From: Phallusia mammillata
Taxonomy: Eukaryota
NCBI GenBank assembly: GCA_965637545.1
Contig: OZ281497.1
Span: 22,134,001-22,198,000 of the forward strand
Direction of reading: 5' to 3'
Length of the DNA stretch: 64,000 nucleotides
Part shown: positions 12,354 through 24,876 of the stretch, one piece after another
Layout: every line of letters begins with the position of its first letter
How positions within the stretch are numbered: the stretch's first letter is position 1
The notes under the pieces: generated by a model
What the model saw: only the letters and a program-made list of their open reading frames with translations
Told to the model about the DNA's origin: nothing
Database searches by the model: none
Translations under genes and position numbers: made by a program

Positions 12354-15300
12354 CTGTAAAATGTTGTCACAGAATCAAAATAAGCACTAGTCTTACGCAA
12401 CCGAGGACTATTAGTAATTCTGGATTCGCCAAGTTATGGCTTTTGCTTCGTGAAGCTTTGTTATATATTGTCGTACAGACAGTTTAGGTTTAATTCCATA
12501 GCCTTGGTTTGCTTGCCCCATCCTGAAAGTTTACTGCTATCACTCCTAAGGAGGTGATATAGTAACATCTGTCTGCTGCCAAAGTTACTATTTGTATAAT
12601 CCCGCTTTTCCGTCTGAATCGCATAACATCCATGTCGCAAAACAAAGCTTTGTTGAAAGCTATACAAATCGCGCTCAATAAAAGGTTAATAAACACCGTT
12701 TGTTCCAGTTTACCTTAAACACATTTGTCAAGTTTACTTTCATGGTTGCAAAAAATACAAGCGGAAAACCCGGCCCTATATTTGGCCCTAACGTTAGTAA
12801 TAACGTAAGGGCCAGGCCCTAACTGAACCCGTTTAATTTAAACTGTAGCGCGAACACGACCAGCACAAAATTCCAAAAACAAAACTCCTCACCTTTTAGT
12901 GGCACGCAAACGCAAACAAGTAAGATTGCCCTGTACATTAGTATCAAGTCCATTGATAAGCTATTCCCAAACTTCATTAAACGCTTGATAACTAATACTC
13001 AGTGATTAGTCATTCTAATTCAGTTGTTTAACATTTTTCATCCAACCTAAATCAAACGAATAATAATCTGTTTCAATATAAATCAGGCCATCTAGTTCTG
13101 GTAATGTTCAAAAACTATGTACAATAGTTAAAGGCAAATCGCAATAAATAACTTTGATACATAAAACTTCGGCGGGTTTGCTATGGCGTAAGACCTAACA
13201 TGAATCAAACAGCAAACGTTGCTAGAAGCGTAAACAGTAGGCAATCTTGTGCAACAGGATCAACCCGTCAGTTCCGTCTGGAATCAAACAACACAAACAA
13301 ACCTACGCAGAAACAGCACACAACAATTAGGTGCCCAAATCAAAGCTGTAGGTCGGTACGGGCTTTTCGGGCCTGGTTAGAGTTCTGGTCGTGTTCGGGC
13401 CGGGTTCGGGCTAATGTCAAACACCTCTGAAACGCCTTTTTCGAGACCAATTGTCAATTATTATCTATTGTGTTTGTTGTTTTGGTCTTTCCTGGGACTT
13501 CAATGTATAGGCCTGTCAATCAAATTTTCGGGCTTTAACGGGCTTCTCGAAATCAAATCGGGCTTGGGCCGGTTTCGGGCTCCAATTTCAATTTTCATGT
13601 CCTAACCACCGAAAAAGTTATTTGAGTTTGTGAGTTTTTTGTGACTCCTATTCAAATACCACATTGTATCCGGTCGGCAATACTGTAAACAACAGAATTG
13701 TTGTTAGTAATGAAGCTCGAACTCATGTAAACTGTGTGGTTATCTATTTGAATCTGCAAGTGGGCCGAAGCACACTCATACATATTTTCCTGTACGTATT
13801 TATCAGGAAACACGCAGTTGCAAATAGTTCAACCTGGTTTACACAAGTGGCAGTTAAAATAGGTACATTTGCATGCAATATTATTGCACAATAATTTACA
13901 TACAATATTATTTGTGTGTACTAAAATTTCCAAAGGTAGCTGTTTTTAATTTGTCGTTGGGAGATTTGTTCAGTGCGCTTTTACACATGCCATTCTTTAA
14001 AGAAACAAGATTTAATTCTATGTGCTGTTCCTTCAATCACTACACAACACAATATATTTCAACGCTACAGATAAGGTATTGTGCACAGATTAGTAGCAAA
14101 AGCACAGCACCTTGTATTTGTGTAAATAGTTTTCTGAATTTGTAAATAATGGTTTAACAAACCAACTTGTCTAAAGTATTTTTTAGAGCATCGGAAATTT
14201 TTGATCTGCTCAGAGGCGTTGAGAAACGACAAATAAACTCCAACCATGGCTAGCGGCAGCCAAAAAATTGCAAAAATACCGATAGGCGACGCAAAAGCAC
14301 CCGTACTAATTTCAAAGTTTAGCAGGAATTTTGCTGAATGGTTCGGTGCGCCTGATCCATATGCAGTCATGAAAAAGAGCTGTTCACATTGTTTAAACTC
14401 ACGGTTGTCTATTGAATTCGAAGAGTCGTCAAGTAAAAAGTATGGTAATCAAAGTTATGTTACCTGCCAGCTGTGCGCACACACAAACAAGTAACGCAGT
14501 CCAGAACATTCGAATAAATTACATTGCAGGATTACACTTTCTGTTGAACTTTATTAAAAACTGAACTCAATAATTTTAGAAATCGGATAACAACTCGAAT
14601 TCGTTTTCAAGAATGTTGCGACTGCGACTTATATAGGAAAGTCAAACACACTGTAAAAATATTTTTATCAGAGTAGGGCCAGAGTGGAGCAGCTACTTTT
14701 ATCAGTAAAGGTCAACTTTGTGTGGTTTGCAATTACGCACAACCTTATGCAATAAGTTATAAGAGCGTATCCGGCACAAACAGTGAGCTGGCTAATTCAA
14801 CAGAACCAACCGGTCATGGCGGTGTGTATGGTCGCCTGGGATCACACAATTTAACATAAACCACGCGGGAACAATATCCAATATTTAAATCATTAGAAGC
14901 TTAAACTGGTTATACTTCTTAATTGTAATAAATATACAGGGATATTTACATAAACTCCGACTTTCATTCGACGCGACGAACAAAAATATCCCTTCGGTCT
15001 GGATTTGGCCTTTTTACGCAGTGCTTAAGACTATGCAAGTTAACTACCTAAGTGGACGAACGGTATGCATGTTTGCATAATAATGAAAGCAGGCAAGGGT
15101 TTAAAAAGTTATTAAACTGAAAGAACCTCGGTATTGTAACACATAATGCACACACAAAACTTTGCTTAATATTTCTGTATATCAGTAACTGTATTTTTTT
15201 GCAACTGTATGTTATTTGTGCAAGAGATATCCTCTGGCGGCAGTTCCATTTCAAAAGCAATGTATGGCTTTTCAAAACTGCGTCGGTTTGAGCTATTGCA

Positions 15301-16853
15301 TCCGGCATATAAATCTCAAACTCATGTATTTGTAATTCCGAACTCCGCAAGTGGCGTAGGCACACTAATATATTTTTTCTTTCACATTGCCAGTAAACAA
15401 ATATGCTGGTCAAAGACAAAACAGAGCAACCAGAATTAAATCAGTGTACATTATTTGCAATCAGGGCATAGTTTTGAAAAAGAGTTCCACCAATATTTAA
15501 TTTTAGATTTCCTTTTGTTTAACTAGGTACAAGTCTGTGAACATTTCTTCCATTTCTGAAATTCCTCTTGCCAGGTTTTAAGAGCCTCGCGATATTCTCT
15601 AAAAACGAAAAAAGGTTAAAAATGAGCACCATCGACACGTCTGTTTCGTTTACTTTTTAATTTAATAAGTAATGAACACTTTTAGAAGACTATGTTTGAC
15701 ATTTTGTTTAGGTTATATCTTACCTTACAATGTTGGTCTCACTGCATAGTTGGGGTTTACTAGTTGTAAAACCACTGGTTGTTGATGGTGGTTCAGTACT
15801 TGTTGATGGTTTACTACTTGACGATGTTTTAATGGTTGTTGACGACGTACTGGTTGTTGATGGTTCGCTGGTTATTGACGGTTCAGTTGTTATTATTGCT
15901 TCACTGCTAGTTGATGATCCATCGATTGTTGATGGTTGAACGGTTGTTGGCGTTTCAAAGGTTGTTGACTGTTCACTAGTTGTTGCTAGTTCACTGGTAG
16001 TTGTAGGTCCATCGATTGTTGATGGTTGAATGGTTGTTGGTGTTTTAAAGGTAGTTGATGGTTCACTGGTTGTTATTACTGTTTCACTGGTAGTTGATGG
16101 TCCATCGATTGTTGATGGTTGAATGGTCGTTGGTGTTTCAATGGTTTTTGATGGTTCACTGGTTATTATTGTTTCGCTGCTAGTTGATTGTTCATCGATT
16201 GTTGAGGGTTGAATAGTTGTTGGTGTTTCAAAGGTTGTTGATGGTTCACTGGTTGTTGCTAGTTCACTTGTAGTTGACGGTTCACTGGTTGTTATTACTG
16301 TTTCACTGCTAGTTGATGGTCCATCGATTGTTGATGGTTGAATGGTCGTTGGTGTTTCAATGGGTTTTGATGGTTCACTGGTTATTATTGCTTCTCTGCT
16401 AGTTGATTGTTCATCGATTGTTGATGGCTGAATGGTCGTGGGTGTTTCAATGGTTTTTGATGGTTTACTGGTTATTATTGTTTCACTGGTAGTTGTAGGT
16501 TCATCGATTGTGGATGGTTGAATGATTGTTGGTGTTTTAAAGGTAGTTGACGGTTCACTGGTTATTATTGTTTCGCTGCTAGTTGATTGTTCATCGTTTG
16601 TTGGTGGTTGAATTGTTGTTGGTGTTTCACTGGTTGTTGATAGTTCACTGGTTATTGACGGTTCAGTTGTTAATAATGTTTCACTGGTAGTTGTAGGTCC
16701 ATCGATTGTTGATGGTTGAATTGTTGTTTGTGTTTCACTGGTGTTTGCTGATCGTTCTGTAGTTGTTAATTGTGGTAAAGCTAGAAGTGAACAGGAATTA
16801 GTTAATGTGTGAAATGATACGAGGTACAGGACAACATATACATTGAATTGCAT
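1..16853 (-). CDS. Giant secreted mucin-VWA repeat protein (signal peptide, PTS mucin region, linker, >=10 tandem VWA domains); 3' partial at window edge
   Basis: Manual splicing on the minus strand. Exon 15724-16853 starts MQFNVYVVLYLVSFHTLTNSCS (signal-like) and continues into PTS repeats. It is followed by exon 15531-15598 and then the first VWA exon starting at 12353. Per repeat (unit 1 coordinates) the exons are 619-802, 405-561, 152-249, 1110-1303 and 868-975. All introns are GT-AG and the phases join (741 nt = 247 aa). VWA motifs: DLILLVDSSNS, VGVLQYG, NTYTARAI, KVLVLITDG, VYVIGIG. The join from 15531 to 12353 is phase-compatible but the donor is weak. Confidence 0.85.
14380..14465 (-). 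pseudogene. Degenerate VWA MIDAS exon remnant
   Basis: 14410-14438 matches the array MIDAS exon at 27 of 29 nt. It reads LLDDSSNSIDNREF against the array LLVDSSNSISSSSF. There is an in-frame TGA or 1-nt frameshift just upstream. Confidence 0.55.
15724..16780 (-). repeat. Coding PTS mucin minisatellite, about nine ~30-aa units
   Basis: The QP(S/P)T(I/N)D core occurs 9 times in the 399-aa ORF 15720-16919, with interspersed TTSEPS/TTSELA subunits. Confidence 0.95.
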
Positions 16854-17024
16854 AAATGTTACGGTTAAAGTCAATGAACCGCTTTCTGAAGACATTAACT
16901 TGAAATAGGTTTGATGCATTAGAACTGAAACTACTGTGTTAACAGTGACACAAACAAAATTTTTGAGAGCACTGCACTGGCTTAGAAGACATCAACATTT
17001 GCACATTAAACTAATTTAGCCATC

Positions 17025-18690
17025 GTAATAGCCCAGTAAATCTATATCGAAAAAAATTAAAAAGGTTTAATTTCCCTACAACTTTCAATAAAGTTCTAAC
17101 CTGTTTGTATTCCACCAACAAAGAAAAGTAACATTGCAAAGTAAATTCGAGTCAACTCCATTTTTGTACACCTGTCCTACAAAACTCGTAGCTTTTCACA
17201 CAAAATTACAGACCGTCGCTTCCAACGGAACGTTTAGATAGTAGAACCGACAAGAATCAACTACCGGAAAGTTTCTTTATTCACATGTACCGAACAGCGC
17301 ATACCACAAGTGAAAGAGTTCTGTGAATTTGGAAACGCTTGTTTTCCCAACGCCTCTTAGACCGTTGTAAAAGGATGTCACAAGGTATACCTTGTGACAT
17401 CCTTTTACAACGGTCTAAGAGACAATTATAATTGTATCTTTCGTCGGAACACGCAGCACAATAAATCTGCGCCTCGTGACGAAACCTGAGTTGTATAGAC
17501 TGAGAACATTTATTTTACTCCAGTCTATTCCGTAAATTACTTCCCTGGAAAAAACTTTATGTATAATCATTATGTTACTTGTGATAAAATAAACGCGCAT
17601 AACCAAGCGCTGAAAATTTATGTACAGTGTAATTTTAACATAATATACAATTATACAGTATCACAATGCGACATTATATATATAATCGTAGACTCATAAA
17701 CTCTTGTGTGGGATATTTCAAAGTTAAACAATAACCGTGGTTTTGTCGGTCTCTCGAAACTCCAAGCGGAAAATTAAAAGTGACGAACACCGAAAATCGG
17801 CAATACAGGTTGATATGCACGTAAAAAATACGTTGTGCTAATACTATACGATTAAAAAGTTGATGTGATGACTACAAAAACAGCCTTAAATTTGCCCTAA
17901 ACAGGTCATAAAGAACATTAAAGGCTTACGCGGTAAGTATCGCAGTCTCTCGGGAGGATGAAACTTGTTTCGCTGAGGAGAAATCCCCTTTTACCAGTGC
18001 TAGGTTTTCAATGGCAATACCTACGTAGGAAAGAAAGGAAAAGGGCTTGTGTCGTTTGCCCCAATATGAGCCTTGCTTTTCGTCTTTAACCGACAGTTTA
18101 GCTTTTCAATAGCTCTATTCTAAACTTTTTTCATATATTTTCGGTTTTTAATTTGATTAAACGTAAAAACTCATTATTAACTTAATTCTATTACACATAG
18201 ATAGACTATAACAAAGCCACATTCTAACAACGGTTCCCACAATTTAGGCAAATTGTCCTCGTGCAAACGTTCAGTACAGTAACGTTGGCATTAGCGTCCA
18301 AATCTTACTCAAAAACTTTTATGTAGGTAAGATAAAGTAAGCAAAATTATCGGAAAAAGGCAAACCCCTGAGATCGGGCAAAACGGTCTAAAACAAAGAA
18401 AACACAGTAACAGCCATGATCCAGCATGAAAGGTAAATGTATTTGGTATTGTTAAGTCGGGAACTTCGAAAAGAACTAATATTGTTAAATTTTTTTGTTA
18501 TTTGCTTCGAGACCAGAAACGAATTATCGTTCGAAACACAAAAATGCATATACGAAGCGAACGCTCTTTTAGAAGATTTGGTTAACCCATGGTTAACAAA
18601 GCGAACGCTCTTTTAGCTGTGTTATGACAACTGTCAGTTGGAAAGGTATCAACCGTCGCTGTTCCCAGTTGGCAGCAGGAAAGCAGACTT
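17025..18690. repeat. Segmental duplication module X, copy 1 (copy 2 at 28793-30426)
   Basis: Collinear and highly similar from ttagccatcgtaata to ggcagcaggaaagcagactt. The ORFs 17415-17606 and 29152-29337 are near-identical. Confidence 0.95.
17354..17421. repeat. Perfect 68-bp palindrome (34-bp arms, no spacer)
   Basis: ctcttagaccgttgtaaaaggatgtcacaaggta is followed immediately by its exact reverse complement. Confidence 0.97.
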
Positions 18691-18954
18691 AATTTTGTTA
18701 CTATTCGAGTCGTTTGCACCAAAAGAAATAAAAAACGAGCATTAATGTTCTTTAAAGTTTTATCAGTTTATTTATGCCCCTGACTAAAATATTGTAAGAT
18801 AACAACGGCAAGGCTGGTTCTGATCTAATCATGCTATGAGCTGTGTTGAATATGTCACGTGTTTATTCGCATTCAAAATGTCTGATTAAAGATTACTGTA
18901 AAAAAAAATAAAAACGTTGTCATATTACTTATCTATCTTCCTCACAGAAACATA

Positions 18955-19724
18955 ATGGAGTACTCGTCTAAAGATATTTCTATGTGGTGCAATGTAGGAA
19001 CTCTTTTAATTACTCTTATCCAGTTGTTTTGCTGCACATGTTCATGTGGTAGTGATAAGTAAGTTTGTGTAACATTTGGCAACAAATTTTTGCTGTACTT
19101 GTGTCATTACTGTTGTGTGCGTTTTTTATGAAGATTTGGCTAAGTGGGAAAAGTGACAACGATCGCTGGCTTCTAATGTTCGTGAGCTCAGTTGCCAGAT
19201 GTTTGCAATTTGTTTGCTTTGTGGTGAACTTTACTTCTGCTTCACATTACATAAAAATTGCTGTGAATGTTGGAACTGGCTTTGTGCCGTTTTTAGGAGG
19301 TAGGTCTACATTATAATACACATGGTATTGAGTTTGACCACAGAAAAACTACGAGGAGAATTGCCATAAAATCTAGCGTTAGTCCAGATTGTAAGGATGG
19401 CCACATACAGGTCACTTTGCCATAGCTTTATTACATGGCTTTAGTAAATGTGAAGGCACTAATGTGTAAATGTATACTACGCGTAGAATGTTTGTAACCC
19501 ATTAAATGTTACAACAGTCACAACTACAAAACATATCCTGTGAAGTATGTATAACTGATACTCATAAAACACGTTTATAATACATACTTATATTATTAAC
19601 AGGTTTTTCTACGTGTTGTATTTTGGGTAACGAAACAAAAAGTGTGGGTGGACTATTGCTGAAGTCGTTTTTTCTTTCATTTTTTGTGCAACTTATTTGT
19701 TTATGCAAAAGCAATTTTGTTTAA
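18955..19724 (+). CDS. Small hydrophobic Cys-rich protein, paralog A (~126 aa; possibly impaired)
   Basis: Exons 18955-19058, 19145-19299 and 19603-19724: MEYSSKDISMWCNVGTLLITLIQLFCCTC... / ...RCLQFVCFVVNF...GTGFVPFLG / GFSTCC...LLLKSFFL. The canonical exon 2 acceptor seen in paralog D is deleted, and an in-frame AG at 19143-19144 is inferred as the replacement. Confidence 0.55.
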
Positions 19725-21054
19725 ATCTTTTTTATCTGTTGATGCCTTTCATAGCCAAAAAATAAAGTGTTAATTTAAGTTCTACCGTCTACTTTTGTTG
19801 GTATTGTTGGTTCATCTGCAATTTTTACAAAATAAAATGAATGCTGGTTAGTCCAATAAATATTAGGTCGTTATTGTTGTAACAGGAGGTCTCGTTTAGT
19901 TAAAAAGCATACAGCTCACTTTTAACCAACATATTTTAATTCCAACAATTGATGATTTCTAATATTATTTTTCGTACTTAAAATGGGATGCGGTGACATT
20001 ACAAGCACGCTTTGGGATTTTTTTTGTTACACCCAAAAACAGTTGTTTCAGAAAAACTTCATGCAACCATTACACCCTTACTGACCTTATATGGCTGTTA
20101 ACTTTAATTATACGTTCTTCGGAAAAACAAGAAATCAACACTCAACAACTTGATAAGCAAAAAGGGGCGGTACAGGAAAAATGTTGATAACACTGGCTTA
20201 AAAGAAGATAAAAACTGCTTAGTAGAGGAGATATTCACGCGTTGCGATAGTGACTATAGTCAGATATTATAATATCTTCATTCATCAACTAAACATTGTT
20301 TTGCGCAATGCAAGTGGCTTTTTGTTGCACATTTTCGCAAATTAACGTTATTGACAAAAATAAGGCCAGAGCTTACGAAAATGGGCCTTAAGTATGTTTT
20401 ACTGTTTTGTTCAGCAGTAACTTTACCCGGGATAAATTCACAGCAAATCTCAACGTACAAAAGCATTAACGAACGGTGTTTTGATGGAAACTACCTGGTG
20501 TTGTCAAGTCGGAGATGATTAGGGAGAAATTCTATTGCGTCATGTGCCCACAAGCTCCTTTGTTATCTGCTTCGCGTTGGGGGTTAACAAAGCGAACGCG
20601 CTTTTGGTTGTGCTTTGGCAACAGTCAGTAGAAAGGTAATTTAAAGCTGTCGCTGTTCATAATTGGCATTCGGAAAACGGAGTAAGACTTAAAACTATCC
20701 GAGACAGAAAAACAAAACCTAATGTTGATGCCATGTATAGTTTATGGCAAAATTGATATAACCAAGAATTTGTTTTAAGATATAAACAGAGTGATTTAAA
20801 CGAAATGTAAATTACAGCTGTGATATGCCCAATGTTTATTTATATTTACTTTAAATTTGTTATGTATAGACGCAAAAAAGTATTGTTTAGATCAATAAAT
20901 TCAAAGGACTGCGCGTTAACTATGTGTTAACGTGCTAGACAGCATAAATTGTGTAGTCATTTGAGCTGCTTTAAAATGCTTGTTTAAAGGTTAATATGAC
21001 AAAAATTATAAATCTTTCTTATATTAATTATATGTTTTCTTCGAAGAAACTATC

Positions 21055-21969
21055 ATGGTTGACTCATTTAAGTTCGATCAAACTGTTTTTGATTACCACA
21101 TTTGGTTAAATGTCGGAACTCTTGTGATTGCTGTGATCCAGTTTTACAGTACAATATACAAATACAGTTGGGGTGAAAAAAAGTCGGAGTAAGTTTGTGC
21201 ATAATTTGGTAACAAACATTTCTGCCTTTTTGTGTCGATTTTAGATGTTGTTACTTGTTGGTGTTTTTTTTTTGTACAGCGACCGTGACTGCATTTGGTG
21301 GTCTCGAGTGGTCCTGAGCTCAGTTGTCCGATTTATGCAACTAGTTTGCTTTCGGGTGAACTTGTCATCGTCTTCACACGACAATTTATTAGCCTGGAAT
21401 TTTGGAACTAGTTTCTTACTGTTTGTGGAAGGTAGGTCTACATAAGTTTGTATTTATTTTCATTTAATTCAGCTGGTTGGGTCATAATTAAAATTGACAT
21501 GATAATATGTTTCGTGAGTGAGCTCGAACAAAGAAAAACTAAATAGGAGGACTGCCATAAATTGTGCACATAAAGTTCACTTTTATACTTTTATTTACTT
21601 TCATAGTTTTATTAGAATGTGAAGGCGCAAATGTGATTTAGTGTAAAGGAGAGACTATCTGCCAACCAAACGTCACGACGACCATACGTAAACAAAACAC
21701 TATTAGGCATAATCACAACAACAACAAACTATATCCTGTGAAATGTGTAACTGTTATTCTTGAGACAAGTTCAATAAAAAAGTTTTTGCTGCCAGGCTTA
21801 AAATACAATTGCCAGAAGAGCCCTATAGAGTTAGTAAAACAAGTCCATGACAGGTTTCTTTACGTGTTGTATTACGGAAAACAAAGCGGAAAGCGTTTGT
21901 GGACTATTGCTGAAGTCGTTTTTTCTTCCAATGTTGGATTCTCTCTTTGAGTATGGAGCTTGTTCATAG
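21055..21969 (+). CDS. Small hydrophobic protein, paralog B (133 aa)
   Basis: Exons 21055-21188, 21280-21431 and 21854-21969; GT-AG introns of phase 2 and 1; open frame. MVDSFKFDQTVFDYHIWLNVGTLVIAVIQFY...WWSRVVLSSVVRFMQLVCFRVNL...NFGTSFLLFVEGFFTCC...LLLKSFFLPMLDSLFEYGACS*. Confidence 0.75.
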
Positions 21970-22289
21970 CTAAGAAAGTAACAATCCTTTTTTGGAGAAA
22001 TTTGCTTTTTTGTGTGACTTTTTTGTTGTGGAAAACCGATTTTGTGAAAAGCTTTTATTCTGTTGTTGTCTTTATAGCTGACAAATACACTGTGCATAAC
22101 ACTGATCAGCAACAATTTTGGGTGGATTCTGGTGACATTCCACTGATTGCACTCAATTTAGGCGTGATGATTTCAAACAATGTAGCCTGATTTTTTGTAT
22201 TAGGTCTAGTTCACTGGTGTTGTTTGTGTAGCTGCAATTGTAAAGCATTTTAATAAAACGATAGCTGGTAGTTCAAATAATTTTAAATT

Positions 22290-24869
22290 GGCTAACAATG
22301 CGTTTGAAAGAGAGAATCAGTTTTACCTTGAACAACGTCATGTTTCGTTGCTCTTAAGGCAACTGGTATATTGGTCTCAGACTTTCTGGGTAAATGTATA
22401 CTGCCCAGGAACGAAGGGCTGTTTCTGTTGTTTTTCGTACATCATCGGATATAAAAAAGCCACAAGTTGGTGTTTGCAAAATATCAATCCTTGTATTAAC
22501 TTACAGCAACAGTGTGTTTTTAGCTTTTCGTCAATTTTAGTTTTTTTTGCGTTTAATAAATCAACAAGTTTTGCTTTTAAACATAGAGTTTGGTGGGGTG
22601 TAACATAAGTTTTAAAGACTCTTTAACAAGTGATCGAAAAGGCCTCATAGAGGTTCGGTTACAAGACCCTAAACTAAAAATGCTATTGATTGCAGCTTTT
22701 CGTAAGAACTGCACCCATACAGAACTTTAGGGGTCGTTTGCACAAACGAAAAAATATACAAAAGTTGACATTTAAAAAAACACTAATGAAACATTGCTTG
22801 GCGAGGCTACTACAAACCCGTTAGCAATGAGGATCGCAATTGATTCAGTTGCTTTAGTAAAATAAATGTAAAAACAAGTTTTGCAAAACGTTTTGCTTGT
22901 ACCTCTATGCTTCATAAGAAATTTGTCTAAATAAATCGACTAAACAGACATTGTTTTGCATAATGATGTGTTTGTAGGCTATTGGACACTAATTACAGTC
23001 GTCGTCAACATTTACCACCCTGTCAACAAATAACGGATTTTACATGTAAAACAACATACAACACTGTGCAAAAACCCTGTATTTCTCTTCAGTTTACATA
23101 AGAGTGTATAGTCATTACAAAAACGGCCCTAAAATTTGTCTACTAAGGCATAACGATACAAATCACTGTGGTATTTGCCAGTATTTCGGAAAAGTGAGGA
23201 AAATGTTTCGTCGACGGAAAATCTCGTTGTGTCGGAACTAGGTTTGAACGGCAATCGTTTGTAAGAAAAAAGGTAATACAGGGTATTGCGTCATTTGCCT
23301 TAAGCACCTTACTGTGCGTCAAAAGTTTAAACGTGCCTTTCATTTTATGCTTTCGGTCTTAAAATTGACAAACCTTTAACTTCAGAACTGGTTGTTAAGC
23401 TGACTAAATTAAGACACACAAAGACCATGGCAGAAGCGTATGCTAACAATGGTTACCACAACTTGTTACTGTGTATTTTCCAAAATAATAATGTAAGATT
23501 TATTCAAGTTACTGAAGGCAAACAAAAAAGGGTACGTTGAACTTGAGATCAAACTGTATAACCCCTTGACATTACAAAAAAATCAAACAGTTTTTTAGGT
23601 AAATCACCTGGTGCAGCTAAGTTAGGGATTTTCGTGGAAAATTCTATTTGCGTCATGTGGTTACACTCGAACCCGTTATGCATTGTGCACTGATGGAGAA
23701 CAAAAGCGAACGGGTTTGGACTTCTAACAGTAAAACCTGAACATCTAGTGCAACGGCTATTGGTGGTTAGACTGTGTTTAGTTTGGCTCTATTTGAAAGT
23801 TGGGCAGTATTTTTTGAGTGAAATGACTATCCTTAGTGCATTTTCCTGATATTATGTAAGGAAAATGTCAAGTAACGAAAGGCCCAGTCTATTCTGGTTG
23901 ACTGAATAGTTAGCTACGAGTGTTTTCACCATATTTTACGCTGCCTAAACAGAAAAAAACTTCTTGTTGAGATTGTATTGTTGCTGATATGTCAACATGC
24001 AACAGTTGGTTTTAAGGAGCATTTAAACAAATAATAGTTGCTTGGTGTCGCTATAGGTTTCGATAGCATGCCAGTGTAGATCAGATAAGTTTTAGGGGTA
24101 AAATTATATATTCAAAAAAGGTTGGGCACCTCTGGTGTACACTATGAAAACAAACAAAACACAATAAAATTAAATAAAAAGCTATGATCCAGCAGGAAAA
24201 GTAAATACATCTGGTATTGTCAATTTGGGAATTTCAAAAAGAAATGCTATTTTTATATGGGTTCTTTGTTATCTGCTTCGTGTCCATGGTTAACAAAGCA
24301 AGCGCTCTTTTAGCTGTGCGATGACAATTATCAGTTGAAAAGCTATGTAATTCAATTCAATTCAGTTCAATTTATTTTTGCTTTGTAAGACTGTCACTGT
24401 CCCAGTTGGCAGCAGAAAAGCAGACTTAATTTTGCAACTATTCGAGACATTTGCACCAGAAACAATAAAAAAAGAACACTAATGTTCTTTGAAGTTTTAT
24501 CAGTTTATTTATGTCTCTGTCAAAAATATTGTAAAATAACAATGGGAAGGCTGGTTCTGATCTAATCATGCTATGAGCTGTGTTGAAAATGTCACGTGTT
24601 TATTCGTACTCAAAATGTCTGGTTAAAGGTTACGGTAAAAAAAACACCTATCTTCCTCAAAGAAACATAATGGAGTACTCTTATAAAGATATTTCAATTT
24701 GGTGCAATGTTGGAACTCTTTTAATTACTCTTATCCAGTTGTTTTGTTGCACATGTTCAAGTCGTAGTGATAAAGAAAAAAAATCGAAGTAAGTTTGTGT
24801 AACATTTGGTAACAAATTTTTGCTGCACTCGCGTCCTTACTGTTGTGTGTCTTTTTATGAAGATTTGGT
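22290..24869. repeat. Segmental duplication module Z plus promoter and exon 1, copy 1 (copy 2 ~35040-37984; diverged partial copy ~41640-43430)
   Basis: Collinear matches such as ttttaccttgaacaacgtcatgtttc (22320/35070) and gtcaacaaataacgg (23020/35860/42485). The empty site of the 36348 MITE is at 23556-23563. Confidence 0.9.
24669..24869 (+). pseudogene. Paralog C, truncated: exon 1 only
   Basis: Exon 1 (MEYSYKDISIWCNVGTLLITLIQLFCCTCSSRSDKEKKS) and its GTAAGT donor are intact. The sequence breaks inside intron 1 at ~24869 and joins module Y; exons 2-3 are absent. Confidence 0.85.
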
Positions 24870-24876
24870 ATGAAGG

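Noticed and set aside
294-12487. Repeated short ORFs in the track (MERVKL..., MFLYSKK..., MLCCK..., MVSCC..., MQDSF...) as independent small genes
   Set aside because: They are antisense shadows or unspliced read-throughs of the VWA exons.
12755-12915. GC-richer ggccct-repeat segment as an RNA gene or SINE
   Set aside because: No cloverleaf, A/B boxes, TSD or second copy could be identified.
14246-14494. Plus-strand ORF with CxxC...CxxC resembling a transposase zinc ribbon
   Set aside because: It is only 82 aa with no catalytic domain or TIRs nearby. Its central part is explained by antisense homology to the VWA MIDAS exon. Not fully excluded without a search.
15730-15939. Val/Asp-rich plus-strand ORF
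   Set aside because: It is the antisense of the PTS mucin repeats.
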